This document shows, piece by piece, positions 20,401 through 27,267 of a stretch of DNA of 49,393 nucleotides (position 1 is the first letter of the stretch; every line of letters starts with the position of its first letter). The notes below the pieces were generated by a model. The model was not told the DNA's origin and made no database searches. It saw nothing but the letters and a program-made list of their open reading frames with translations. The stretch comes from Myxococcota bacterium (lineage in GTDB: Bacteria; Myxococcota_A; UBA9160; PR03): assembly GCA_025453505.1 (NCBI GenBank), contig JALOQG010000001.1, positions 1 through 49,393 on the forward strand. Direction: 5' to 3'. Position numbers and translations under genes: made by a program.

Positions 20401-20504
20401 GCGAACTCGTGCACGAGATGCCCGAGCTGGCGTTCGATCTGCTGCGCGTGCTGGCGGAGCGGGTGCGGAGGGCGGAGGAGCGGCTGGCGGCCGGGGAGTC
20501 GTGA
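17487..20504 (+). CDS. TLC/ATP-ADP-translocase-like MFS-type permease fused to HEAT repeats and a C-terminal cyclic-nucleotide-binding domain
   Basis: 1005 aa; the ATG is 1 nt after the upstream stop. The N-terminal polytopic domain has HFWTLLGDFFDTLAAKRVVPLCTVGLSFGGALGG (TLC-family FW...AKR motif). The central part has repeated ADPDARVRRAA-type HEAT units. The C-terminal CNB domain has LFAHMS..., FGEMAVLDGTPRSATIVA. Confidence 0.85.
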   Translation: MARLVDVRADERERFGWFAALAALLAFGQMLGQAGTESLFLARLGAERLPEAFVFASISTVAASLLYAMRVGHARNDRVAVELLGLAVVAIGAGAFALRQGSEIALVALFCLFFATQAVLIGHFWTLLGDFFDTLAAKRVVPLCTVGLSFGGALGGGAALGVVSTLPAEMLLVGWALGLVAAAVLVATSHGRLARWRAVSQGEEDETSVEGLRAAVRYLRGSRLGRRLFVSALTMVLALFVAQYLYSARIAAAFPDEAELARFLAIYLMVSNAVEIGVELFVTPFAIRRLGVPAANLIQPLATLATFVGLGFAPGLPVAVLARANRELLDNALAAPVRTLAANALPDRFRARVRAFLEGIVVYAGMSLAGVVLLLARDLPAESLVLAGAALAGLHFLANLGVRRQYVAAIVGELRAGRFDWHALGDEIGAHEVESLAALWERLVRETPGDPGPALLDLPPLLVRHGLTAPVRTALGHPSPALRAACLAALAAAPEAQADPAFWLRVLGDSDADVRRAALRLLPDALLAGPEVHGALRALRDDADPRVRAAAARRLGAEGEPLFAALLASPDTGNVAAALESLPPALAGAAVARLADPDARLRAAALDALARGGAEASLQPLATSRLADPDARVRRAAVRAVAGTGADAAAIAPALRDPAREVRSEAVRALVEQGDRGAVAARPLLDAGEEFAVGAALRVLGAVGSPWAVASLREHYAARVREAVQAFLCARVFATTDGVPVFVAAAGSDALARALRLAWRSLARIEDERVVRSAERSLRGATGRMRADALEVLSQLGDREASQRLVLLLEPMPVEEKIEALRSWGRVPRDAAEAMTHAAALSSPWIRLAVRRRTDAEEIQMERLLSLRQVSLFAHMSLERLHAVERILRDAEYVQGEVILREHEPGDDLYLLVEGHVDVLRGAGTPGEMLLNRLGPGAYFGEMAVLDGTPRSATIVAAGPVRVLVLEGERLRELVHEMPELAFDLLRVLAERVRRAEERLAAGES

Positions 20505-20657
20505 TCAGCGAGCGAGTGGCCGCTCGGCGAATCGCACCGGCCGCCGCGCCACCGGCGTGCAGCGCGGGCAGAGCGGATTCGAGACGTCGGTGATCGCGGG
20601 CGTGTGGAGCTGGTGGCAGCCCGAGCAGCTCACGAGGACCAGCGGGGCGTTTTGCAT
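20505..20657 (-). CDS. Possible small (50 aa) zinc-ribbon protein, below the ORF-track size cutoff
   Basis: My translation is MQNAPLVLVSCSGCHQLHTPAITDVSNPLCPRCTPVARRPVRFAERPLAR, with CxxC...CxxC. GGGAG lies 6 nt upstream of the ATG. About 45 of 50 codons end in G or C, as in real genes here. No homology evidence. Confidence 0.3.
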   Translation of the reverse strand: MQNAPLVLVSCSGCHQLHTPAITDVSNPLCPRCTPVARRPVRFAERPLAR

Positions 20658-20873
20658 GGGGGGCTCCCGGGAGGATGCTCCCGCATCGACCGCCCATCGG
20701 GCTCGCTTGAGACCTCGACACCGACCTGTGATCCGATCTGCGAGGGCGTCGCACGATGCCTGCGCATCCGCTGCCGCCGCGACGCGATTCGCAGCGATCG
20801 CGGGCGTCGCACGCGGCGCGCGTCGCGTGCGCTAGGGTGCCGCCCCGGCGGCGACGTCCGCCCGGAGGATCCC

Positions 20874-21233
20874 ATGCCTCGTTTCCTTCCCGTCCCCTGG
20901 TTCCGTTGGAAGCGGTTCCGGATCGACGGCGTGGTGCGCGAACGGAGCAGCGCGCGTCCTCTGGCGGGCTTCCAGGTGCGCGCATTCGACAAGGACGCCG
21001 TACGCGACGACTTCCTCGGCGACGCGACCACCGACGCGGACGGCCGCTTCGCGATCCACTTCACGGACGCGCAGTTCAAGGACGTCGTCGAGTCGCGTCC
21101 GGACATCTATCTGTGCATCTTCGCCCCGGGCGTCGACGAGCCGGTCCACGACACCTCGTACGCGATTCGCGAGAACGCATCGCACGAGGAGTACTTCGAG
21201 ATCGAGGTCGACGCGGAAGCGAACCAGCCGTAG
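20874..21233 (+). CDS. Hypothetical protein (119 aa), possibly a transthyretin / carboxypeptidase-regulatory-like beta-sandwich
   Basis: ATG at 20874 is preceded by GGAGGA. The pattern GFQVRAFDKDAVRDDFLGDATTDADGRFAIHF is typical of small beta-sandwich domains. No signal peptide is evident. Confidence 0.6.
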   Translation: MPRFLPVPWFRWKRFRIDGVVRERSSARPLAGFQVRAFDKDAVRDDFLGDATTDADGRFAIHFTDAQFKDVVESRPDIYLCIFAPGVDEPVHDTSYAIRENASHEEYFEIEVDAEANQP

Positions 21234-21280
21234 CTCGTCGCATCGTCGATCGTTCGCAGGTGAAGAGCGGAAGCGGGAAG

Positions 21281-21372
21281 TGGCGGAGAGGGAGGGATTC
21301 GAACCCCCGGTACCCTTGCGGGTACTCCTGATTTCGAGTCAGGCCCGTTCAACCAGGCTCCGGCACCTCTCC
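21281..21372 (-). tRNA. tRNA-Ser (anticodon CGA), CCA encoded
   Basis: The reverse complement reads GGAGAGGUGCCGGAGCCUGGUUGAACGGGCCUGACUCGAAAUCAGGAGUACCCGCAAGGGUACCGGGGGUUCGAAUCCCUCCCUCUCCGCCA. It has a 7-bp acceptor stem, an anticodon loop CU-CGA-AA, a long variable arm and a GGUUCGAAUCC T-loop. Confidence 0.93.
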
Positions 21373-21499
21373 GCGCGGAGGGCGCTGACCTTACCCGGCG
21401 GATTCGCCGTGCGCGAGCCGCGCCACCGCGCGCGCCCTGCGGCTCCGACGGCCGCGTGCTAAACCCGTCGCGTCTGCGGCAGCGAGGGATTGCCATTCC

Positions 21500-21760
21500 G
21501 TGTCACGCGAAGATCTGATCCAGGCGACGGGCGCAGTCGAGAAGATTCTCGGCGGCGGCCGCTATCAGGTCGGGCTCGATTCGGGCCAGACCGTCACGGC
21601 GCAGCTCTCCGGCCGCATGCGCCGCTTCCGGATCCGCGTGATTCCGGGCGATCGCGTCCAGGTCGGGCTCTCGCCCTACGATCCCACCCACGGGTTCATC
21701 ACCTTCCGCCTGCGCGAAGGGCAGATGGGTCCCGGCCCGGCGGACGCCGGCCCGGCCTGA
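21500..21760 (+). CDS. infA: Translation initiation factor IF-1
   Basis: 86 aa, GTG start. S1-like fold motifs: EDLIQATGAVEKILGGGRYQVGL, LSGRMRRFRIRVIPGDRVQVGLSPYD. It carries a short Gly/Pro/Ala C-terminal extension. Confidence 0.93.
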   Translation: MSREDLIQATGAVEKILGGGRYQVGLDSGQTVTAQLSGRMRRFRIRVIPGDRVQVGLSPYDPTHGFITFRLREGQMGPGPADAGPA

Positions 21761-21909
21761 GCCTCGCGCTGCCGCGTCGCCGCGACGTCTGGCTGCTGCG
21801 CGCGATCCAGGCCTGGGACCGCCGCCGCCTGCGCGACTTCGCCGCGCGGCATCCCGGCTTCCACCTGCACCCGACCGCGAGCACCAATTTCGCGGCCGCC
21901 CGCATCCAG

Positions 21910-22419
21910 ATGGGAGCGGGCGCCGTGCTCGAGATCGGCGCGCGCGTCGCGACCGAGCGCATGCCGGGCGGATTGACGCTGCTGCTCGGCGCGGGCGCGC
22001 GGGTCGAGATCGGCGACGACACGTGGCTGCGCACGGAGCTCCAGCCCATCCACATCTCGGTGTTCGACGGCGCGCGGCTCGTGCTCGGGCGCGACTCGTG
22101 GTTGAACGGCTGCCATCTCTCGGCGAAGCACGCGATCGTCGGCGGGCGCCGCACCTGGATCGGACCGGGTTGCCGCGTCATCGACTCCGATCAGCACGAT
22201 CTCGACGCGACGCACCGCGAGCAGGGCGGGCCGATCGCGATCGGCGACCACGTCTGGATCACTTCGGACGTGACGGTGCTGCGCGGGGTGCGGATCGGCT
22301 CGCACGCGGTGATCGGGGCGAAGTCGCTCGTGAACCGCGACGTGCCCGATCACACGCTCGCCTTCGGGCAGCCCGCGACGGTGCGCGGTACGGTCGGCGA
22401 CCGCTCGCAGACCCCCTAG
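21910..22419 (+). CDS. Hexapeptide-repeat (left-handed beta-helix) acyl/acetyltransferase
   Basis: Hexapeptide repeats: IGDDTWL, LGRDSWLNGCHL, IGPGCRVIDSDQHD, IGDHVWITSDVTVLRGVRIGSHAVIGAKSLV. Coordinates use the first ATG. Coding-like sequence in the same frame extends up to about 21757, where the only start-like codon is a CTG overlapping the infA stop. Confidence 0.75.
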   Translation: MGAGAVLEIGARVATERMPGGLTLLLGAGARVEIGDDTWLRTELQPIHISVFDGARLVLGRDSWLNGCHLSAKHAIVGGRRTWIGPGCRVIDSDQHDLDATHREQGGPIAIGDHVWITSDVTVLRGVRIGSHAVIGAKSLVNRDVPDHTLAFGQPATVRGTVGDRSQTP

Positions 22420-22427
22420 GAGGCTCG

Positions 22428-23357
22428 ATGGCCCGGCGGATCGCGCTTTTCGGACAAGCGGCATTCGCAAAGGACGTGCTCGTACGGTTGCTCGACGCCG
22501 GCCACGAGATCGTCGCCGTGTACACGCTGCCCGCGGGCGGGGGCAAGCCCGATCCGCTCGCCGCGGAGGCCGAGGCGCGCGGCCTGCGACTGCTCCGCTA
22601 CAAGGCGTTCCGTCGCCAGGGCGAGGCGATCCCGGAACGTGTCGCGGAATACCGCGCGCTCGGCGCCGAACTCAACGTGATGCCCTACACCACGGTGATC
22701 CTGCCGCCCGAGATCGTGGACGCGCCGCCGCTCGGATCGTTGTGCTTCCATCCGTCGTTGCTCCCCGCGTTCCGCGGCGGAGCGGCGATTCCGTGGCAGA
22801 TCATCCTCGGCGCGCGCGAGACCGGCGTCACGGTCTTCGTGCCCGACGCCGGCGTCGACACCGGTCCGATCGTGGTGCAGAAGGGCGGCGTCCCGATCGC
22901 CGACACCGACACCGCGGCGAGCCTCTACTTCGACAAGCTCTATCCGCTCGGCGTCGAAGCGGTGCTCGAGGCGGTGGACGCGATCGATCGCGGCACCGCG
23001 AAGCCGCGCGCGCAGGGCGAGGCCGGCGCGAGCTTCCAGGGACTCGTGACGGACGCCGTCGCGCGGATCGACTGGACGCGGCCGGCGATCGAGATCGACC
23101 GCCTGGTGCGCGGCTGCGATCCGAACCCGGGCGCGCGCGCCGAGCGCGCATCGGGTGCGAGCGTGCGGCTCTTCGACGCGCGACTCGAGCCCGGAGAATC
23201 CGGAGCGCCCGCCGGGACCGTGCTCGGCAGCGACGGCGGACGCGTCGCGATCGCGGCCCGCGGCGGTCGCGTGACGGTCGGGAAGCTGCGCATCGACGAT
23301 GGTGCGAAGCTGCCCGCGGGCTCCGCGGGGCTCGAAGCGGGCGAGCGTCTCCGCTAA
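22428..23357 (+). CDS. Formyltransferase family protein (Fmt / 10-formyl-THF dehydrogenase N-terminal-domain-like)
   Basis: 309 aa; ATG is preceded by [30 protein letters not shown], catalytic-type [18 protein letters not shown] and [10 protein letters not shown], plus the C-terminal Fmt-like beta-barrel. Confidence 0.88.
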   Translation: MARRIALFGQAAFAKDVLVRLLDAGHEIVAVYTLPAGGGKPDPLAAEAEARGLRLLRYKAFRRQGEAIPERVAEYRALGAELNVMPYTTVILPPEIVDAPPLGSLCFHPSLLPAFRGGAAIPWQIILGARETGVTVFVPDAGVDTGPIVVQKGGVPIADTDTAASLYFDKLYPLGVEAVLEAVDAIDRGTAKPRAQGEAGASFQGLVTDAVARIDWTRPAIEIDRLVRGCDPNPGARAERASGASVRLFDARLEPGESGAPAGTVLGSDGGRVAIAARGGRVTVGKLRIDDGAKLPAGSAGLEAGERLR

Positions 23358-23460
23358 GTTGCGCGCCCCAAAACCCCGTTCTTCCGGGGCCACTCGCGAC
23401 GATCAACAGCCAGCCGTTCGGGCCCGCCCTCCGGGTTGCCCGAGTCCCAGGGCCGCAGCC

Positions 23461-25557
23461 ATGACCACCGACCTCAACCGCATCCGAAACATCGGCATCA
23501 GCGCCCACATCGATTCGGGCAAGACGACCCTGTCGGAGCGCATCCTCTTCTACACCAAGCGGATCCACAAGATCAGCGAGGTGAAGGGCAAGGACGGCGC
23601 GGGCGCGACCATGGACTTCATGGAGCTCGAGAAGGAACGCGGCATCACGATCCAGTCCGCCGCGACCTACACGACCTGGGACGATCACCACATCAACCTG
23701 ATCGACACGCCGGGCCACGTGGACTTCACGATCGAGGTCGAGCGGTCGCTGCGCGTGCTCGACGGCGCGATCCTGGTGCTCTGCGGCGTGGCGGGCGTGC
23801 AGTCGCAGTCGCTCACGGTCGACCGCCAGATGCGGCGCTACAAGGTCCCGCGTCTCGCCTTCATCAACAAGCTCGATCGCTCGGGCGCCAATCCGCATCG
23901 CGTCACCGAGCAGCTGCGCGAGAAGCTCGCCCACAACGCCGTGATGATGCAGATCCCGATCGGCGTCGAGGCCAAGCACGAAGGCGTCATCGACCTGATC
24001 ACGATGGAGGCCGTGAACTTCCACGGCGACCAGGGCGAAACCGTCGTGCGCGGTCCGATCCCGGCCGACATGCAGGACGAGGCCGCGGCGGCGCGCGAGA
24101 CGATGCTCGACGCGGTCTCGATGTTCTCGGACGAGCTGACCGAGGCCATCCTCGGCGAGGCCGTGACGCCCGAGCTGATCCACGAGGCGGTGCGGCGCGG
24201 CACCATCTCGCGCGAGCTGACTCCCGTCTTCATGGGCTCGGCCTACAAGAACAAGGGCGTCCAGCTGCTGCTCGAGGCCGTGGTCCGCTATCTGCCGAGC
24301 CCGCTCGAGGTCGAGAACACGGCGGTCGATCTCTCCGCGGACGAGGCGCCGATCGTGCTGCCTTCGGATCCGAACAAGCCGCTCGTCGCGCTCGCCTTCA
24401 AGCTCGAGGAGGGCCGCTACGGCCAGCTCACCTACACGCGCATCTACCAGGGCACGCTCGCCAAGGGCTCGAACATCGAGAACATGCGCAGCGGCAAGCG
24501 CCACAAGGTCGGCCGCCTGGTCCGCATGCACGCGGACTCGATGGAGGACATCGAGACCGCCGGCGCCGGCGACATCGTCGCGCTCTTCGGCATCGAGTGC
24601 GCTTCCGGCGATACCTTCACCGACGGCACCATCGAGGTCGCGATGTCGTCGATGCACGTGCCGGCGCCGGTGGTGTCGATCGCGATCAAGCCGAAGGACA
24701 ACAAGGCGCAGGACAACCTCGCCAAGGCCCTCGGCCGCTTCGTGCGCGAGGACCCGACCTTCCGCACCCACGTCGATCCCGAGAGCAACGAGACCGTGAT
24801 CTCGGGCATGGGCGAGCTCCATCTCGACGTCTACATCGAGCGCATGAAGCGCGAGTACAAGGTCGAAGTGCAGACGGGGGCCCCGCAGGTCGCGTACCGC
24901 GAGACGCTCTCGCAGCGCGCCGACTTCTCCTACACGCACAAGAAGCAGACCGGCGGCTCGGGCCAGTACGCGAAGGTGGCCGGCTACATCGAGCCGCTGC
25001 CGGAAGGCGACGACCGCGTCTGGGAGTTCGTCAACGACGTGCGCGGCGGCGCGATTCCCACCGAGTTCATGGGCGCGGTCCAGAAGGGCTTTGCGAGCGC
25101 GCTCGACAAAGGCCGCCTGATCGGCTTCCCGACCATCGGCGTTCGCGTGGTCGTCAACGACGGCCAGTCGCACGCCGTGGACTCGTCGGAAATGGCGTTC
25201 GTGTCGGCGGCGCGCGGCGCGTTCCGTTCCTGCTACGGCGCTGCCAAGCCCATCATCCTCGAGCCGGTCATGAAGCTGGTGGTCGAGGGGCCGGCCGAGT
25301 TCCAGGGCGCGGCGCTCAAGACGGTCATGCAGCGCCGCGGCACCGTGATCGGCACGACCGAAGAGGCCGGCTTCTGCCGCGTCGAGGCCGAAGTGCCGCT
25401 CGGCGAGATGTTCGGTTACGCGACCGACCTGCGTTCGCAGACGCAGGGCAAGGCCGAATTCAGCATGGAGTTCGCGCGCTACCTGCCGTGCCCGAACGAG
25501 GTCACGAAGGAGCTGCTCGAGAAGTACGCCGACCGGCGCAAGATCGAGGAAGAGTGA
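23461..25557 (+). CDS. fusA: Elongation factor G family GTPase (EF-G paralog located outside an rpsL-rpsG-fusA-tuf context)
   Basis: 698 aa. G1 [10 protein letters not shown]2 RGITI, G3 DTPGHVDF, G4 NKLDR. Domains III-V have [13 protein letters not shown] and [15 protein letters not shown]. Confidence 0.95.
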   Translation: MTTDLNRIRNIGISAHIDSGKTTLSERILFYTKRIHKISEVKGKDGAGATMDFMELEKERGITIQSAATYTTWDDHHINLIDTPGHVDFTIEVERSLRVLDGAILVLCGVAGVQSQSLTVDRQMRRYKVPRLAFINKLDRSGANPHRVTEQLREKLAHNAVMMQIPIGVEAKHEGVIDLITMEAVNFHGDQGETVVRGPIPADMQDEAAAARETMLDAVSMFSDELTEAILGEAVTPELIHEAVRRGTISRELTPVFMGSAYKNKGVQLLLEAVVRYLPSPLEVENTAVDLSADEAPIVLPSDPNKPLVALAFKLEEGRYGQLTYTRIYQGTLAKGSNIENMRSGKRHKVGRLVRMHADSMEDIETAGAGDIVALFGIECASGDTFTDGTIEVAMSSMHVPAPVVSIAIKPKDNKAQDNLAKALGRFVREDPTFRTHVDPESNETVISGMGELHLDVYIERMKREYKVEVQTGAPQVAYRETLSQRADFSYTHKKQTGGSGQYAKVAGYIEPLPEGDDRVWEFVNDVRGGAIPTEFMGAVQKGFASALDKGRLIGFPTIGVRVVVNDGQSHAVDSSEMAFVSAARGAFRSCYGAAKPIILEPVMKLVVEGPAEFQGAALKTVMQRRGTVIGTTEEAGFCRVEAEVPLGEMFGYATDLRSQTQGKAEFSMEFARYLPCPNEVTKELLEKYADRRKIEEE

Positions 25558-26246
25558 TGTATCAGCGCTACCTGACCGCCCGATCGCCGCTGCGTCTGCT
25601 CGAGAAGGGCCTCCACGGGGGCCTGGGTCGCGGCAACCTGGGTCTCGTGCTCGCGGCGCCCGGCGTGGGCAAGACCTCGTTCCTGGTCGGCGTCGCGCTC
25701 GACGACCTGCTGCGCGGCAAGCCGGTGCTGCACGTCGCGCTCGATCACAACGTCCAGCACGTGCGCGACCACTACGACACGGTCTTCGAGGAGCTCGCGC
25801 ACTCGACGCACCTCGAGAACGCCGCAGTCGTGCGGGCGGAGATCGACCGCCTGCGCTGCATCCGCGCCTATCCGCACGGCTCGTTCGACGCCAAGCGGCT
25901 GCGCGACGCGCTCGCGCTCGAGGCCGAGGTCGGCACGCGGCCCGAACTCGTCGTCGTCGACGGGCTCGACGTCGCGCAGCGCACGCCGGCGGAGCTGGAA
26001 GAGTGGGCGAAGGCGGCGCGCGAGAGCGACGTCGAGGTGTGGATGGCGGCGAGCGCCGCCAGCGAGCGCATCGCCGTGCTGCCGGCGGACCTGAAGCCGC
26101 TCGCGCCGAGTTTCGGCGTGATCCTGACGCTCGAGCCGCAGGCCGGCTCGGTCGCGCTGCGCGCGCTCAAGGACCACGACAACCCGGACGTCGCCGCGCT
26201 GCACGTCGCGCTCGACCCGAAGACGCTCCTCCTGGTCCGGTCTTAG
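25557..26246 (+). CDS. RecA-superfamily (KaiC/DnaB-C-like) P-loop ATPase, function unknown
   Basis: 229 aa. The ATG overlaps the EF-G stop (TGATG). Walker A APGVGKTSF and Walker B-like ELVVVDGLD. Confidence 0.7.
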   Translation: MYQRYLTARSPLRLLEKGLHGGLGRGNLGLVLAAPGVGKTSFLVGVALDDLLRGKPVLHVALDHNVQHVRDHYDTVFEELAHSTHLENAAVVRAEIDRLRCIRAYPHGSFDAKRLRDALALEAEVGTRPELVVVDGLDVAQRTPAELEEWAKAARESDVEVWMAASAASERIAVLPADLKPLAPSFGVILTLEPQAGSVALRALKDHDNPDVAALHVALDPKTLLLVRS

Positions 26247-26250
26247 GGAC

Positions 26251-26269
26251 GGGGCGCCTGGGGCGCCCC
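26251..26269. terminator. GC hairpin just after the stop of the ATPase gene, between convergent genes
   Basis: GGGGCGCC-tgg-GGCGCCCC: an 8-bp perfect stem with a 3-nt loop, 5 nt after the TAG at 26244-26246. No U-tract follows, so terminator function is uncertain. Confidence 0.3.
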
Positions 26270-26274
26270 TCCCC

Positions 26275-26385
26275 CTCGCCGCTCGCCTTTGGCTCGCTAC
26301 GCGGGAGGGGCGTTGATCCTCTGCGATGCCGGTGCGACCGCGGCCCCATGGGTCTCGCCGCTCGCATTCGGCTCGCTACGCGGGG
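26275..26385. repeat. Two inverted-orientation copies of the dispersed element seen at 5920-5995
   Basis: ctcgccgctcgcctttggctcgctacgcggga (26275-26306) and ctcgccgctcgcattcggctcgctacgcgggg (26354-26385) are reverse complements of the 5920/5962 repeat. They differ only in a central 3-4 nt. Confidence 0.8.
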
Positions 26386-26408
26386 ACGGGGCGCGGCGGT
26401 GGCGCGGA

Positions 26409-26645
26409 CTACGAGTTGAGGAGGCGGCCGAGCAGGCCCTCGCCGATCGAGCGGCGCAGGTCGCTGTAGACCACGCCCGGCGTCGCAGCTTCCACGCGAG
26501 CCGCACGCTTCTTCGGGGCCTTCGCCTTCGCGCGCTTCGGCTGCGCGGCGGCGCGACGCGACGGACTCTTCTCGGTCTTCTTGCGCGCCGCGGGCTTGCC
26601 ACCCTTGCGCTTCGTCGACGGTCTCTTGCTCTTCTTCGCGGACAT
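26409..26645 (-). CDS. Small, highly basic Lys/Arg/Ala-rich protein (78 aa)
   Basis: MSAKKSKRPSTKRKGGKPAARKKTEKSPSRRAAAQPKRAKAKAPKKRAARVEAATPGVVYSDLRRSIGEGLLGRLLNS. A strong AGGAGA lies 5 nt upstream of the ATG (26643-26645). High GC3. Confidence 0.62.
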   Translation of the reverse strand: MSAKKSKRPSTKRKGGKPAARKKTEKSPSRRAAAQPKRAKAKAPKKRAARVEAATPGVVYSDLRRSIGEGLLGRLLNS

Positions 26646-26692
26646 GGTTTCTCCTGGCGGATCGCGCAATGTAGGAGTCGCTTCGCGCGGCG

Positions 26693-27235
26693 CTAGCGGG
26701 TGGCCTTCGGAAGCTGCTGAAATTCGGCGAGCGAGTCGCGCCAGCGTGCGCGCAAGGCGTTGCTCTCTTCGCGCAGAAAGCCGAGTTCCTCGGCGATCTT
26801 TCCGATCTCGGTGCTCTCCTGGCCGGAGATCGTGCCGTCCGCGGCCGCCACTGCGTACAGGCACTCGAGGAGCTCGACGCGCTGCTCGCGTGAAGAGATC
26901 TCGCGGAACTCGCGCGTCACGACGTAGTTCTCGGTGCCGCCGAGCAGCCGCGCCTGCGACTTCGCGATCTCGACCGCGAGCGCCGCCTCCTCGTCGGAGA
27001 GATGCGCGTGGTCGCGCACGAGTCCGTGCATCTTCTCCGACTCGGTCTCCGTGATGCGCAGGTCCGCGTGCGCGACGCGCGCGAGCACGTAGGCGAAGGC
27101 GGCGAGGTGCCGAGCGCGCTCCGGGGGCAGCCGCTCGAGTCGGGCGGCGATGCGCCGCACCGTCTCGGTCTCGCCGCTCGTGTTCGTGCCGCCGCCGCCC
27201 TGGCCGAAAAGACGCGTGAAGAAGCTCACGACCAC
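26693..27235 (-). CDS. TerB-family (tellurite-resistance TerB-like) protein
   Basis: About 180 aa with a GTG start (27235, or alternatively 27229). AFAYVLARVAHADLRITETESEKM and LLECLYAVAAADGTISGQESTEIGKIAEELG match the TerB repeat pattern. Confidence 0.78.
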   Translation of the reverse strand: MVVSFFTRLFGQGGGGTNTSGETETVRRIAARLERLPPERARHLAAFAYVLARVAHADLRITETESEKMHGLVRDHAHLSDEEAALAVEIAKSQARLLGGTENYVVTREFREISSREQRVELLECLYAVAAADGTISGQESTEIGKIAEELGFLREESNALRARWRDSLAEFQQLPKATR

Positions 27236-27267
27236 AGCTTGGCGCGCCGCGCCGCTATCGTCGAGCG

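Noticed and set aside
9145-20504. Pycsar/CBASS-type anti-phage system (cyclase plus membrane effectors carrying cNMP-binding domains), or a STAND (Avs-like) defence gene
   Set aside because: The analogy is tempting, because Pycsar effectors are CNB domains fused to TM helices. Here, however, the CNB carriers are full-length 10-12-TM transporters in an operon with a LolA-like protein. The cyclase is a 1567-aa regulatory protein coupled to lnt. The genes are divergent rather than a compact two-gene operon, and there are no neighbouring defence or mobile genes. A housekeeping signalling role seems more likely, though defence cannot be excluded without nucleotide-specificity data.
21234-21500. 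tRNA-Ser as an integration site for a genomic island
   Set aside because: There is no integrase, no direct repeat of the tRNA 3' end and no compositional break that I can see on either side. The flanking genes are ordinary (a small hypothetical ORF, infA).
22828-25173. 781-aa minus-strand ORF antisense to the formyltransferase and EF-G genes, and the 936-aa plus-strand ORF 23436-26246 upstream of 25557
   Set aside because: EF-G motifs occupy the other frame. Only the last 229 codons of the 936-aa ORF (from the ATG at 25557) look like a real protein (P-loop ATPase).
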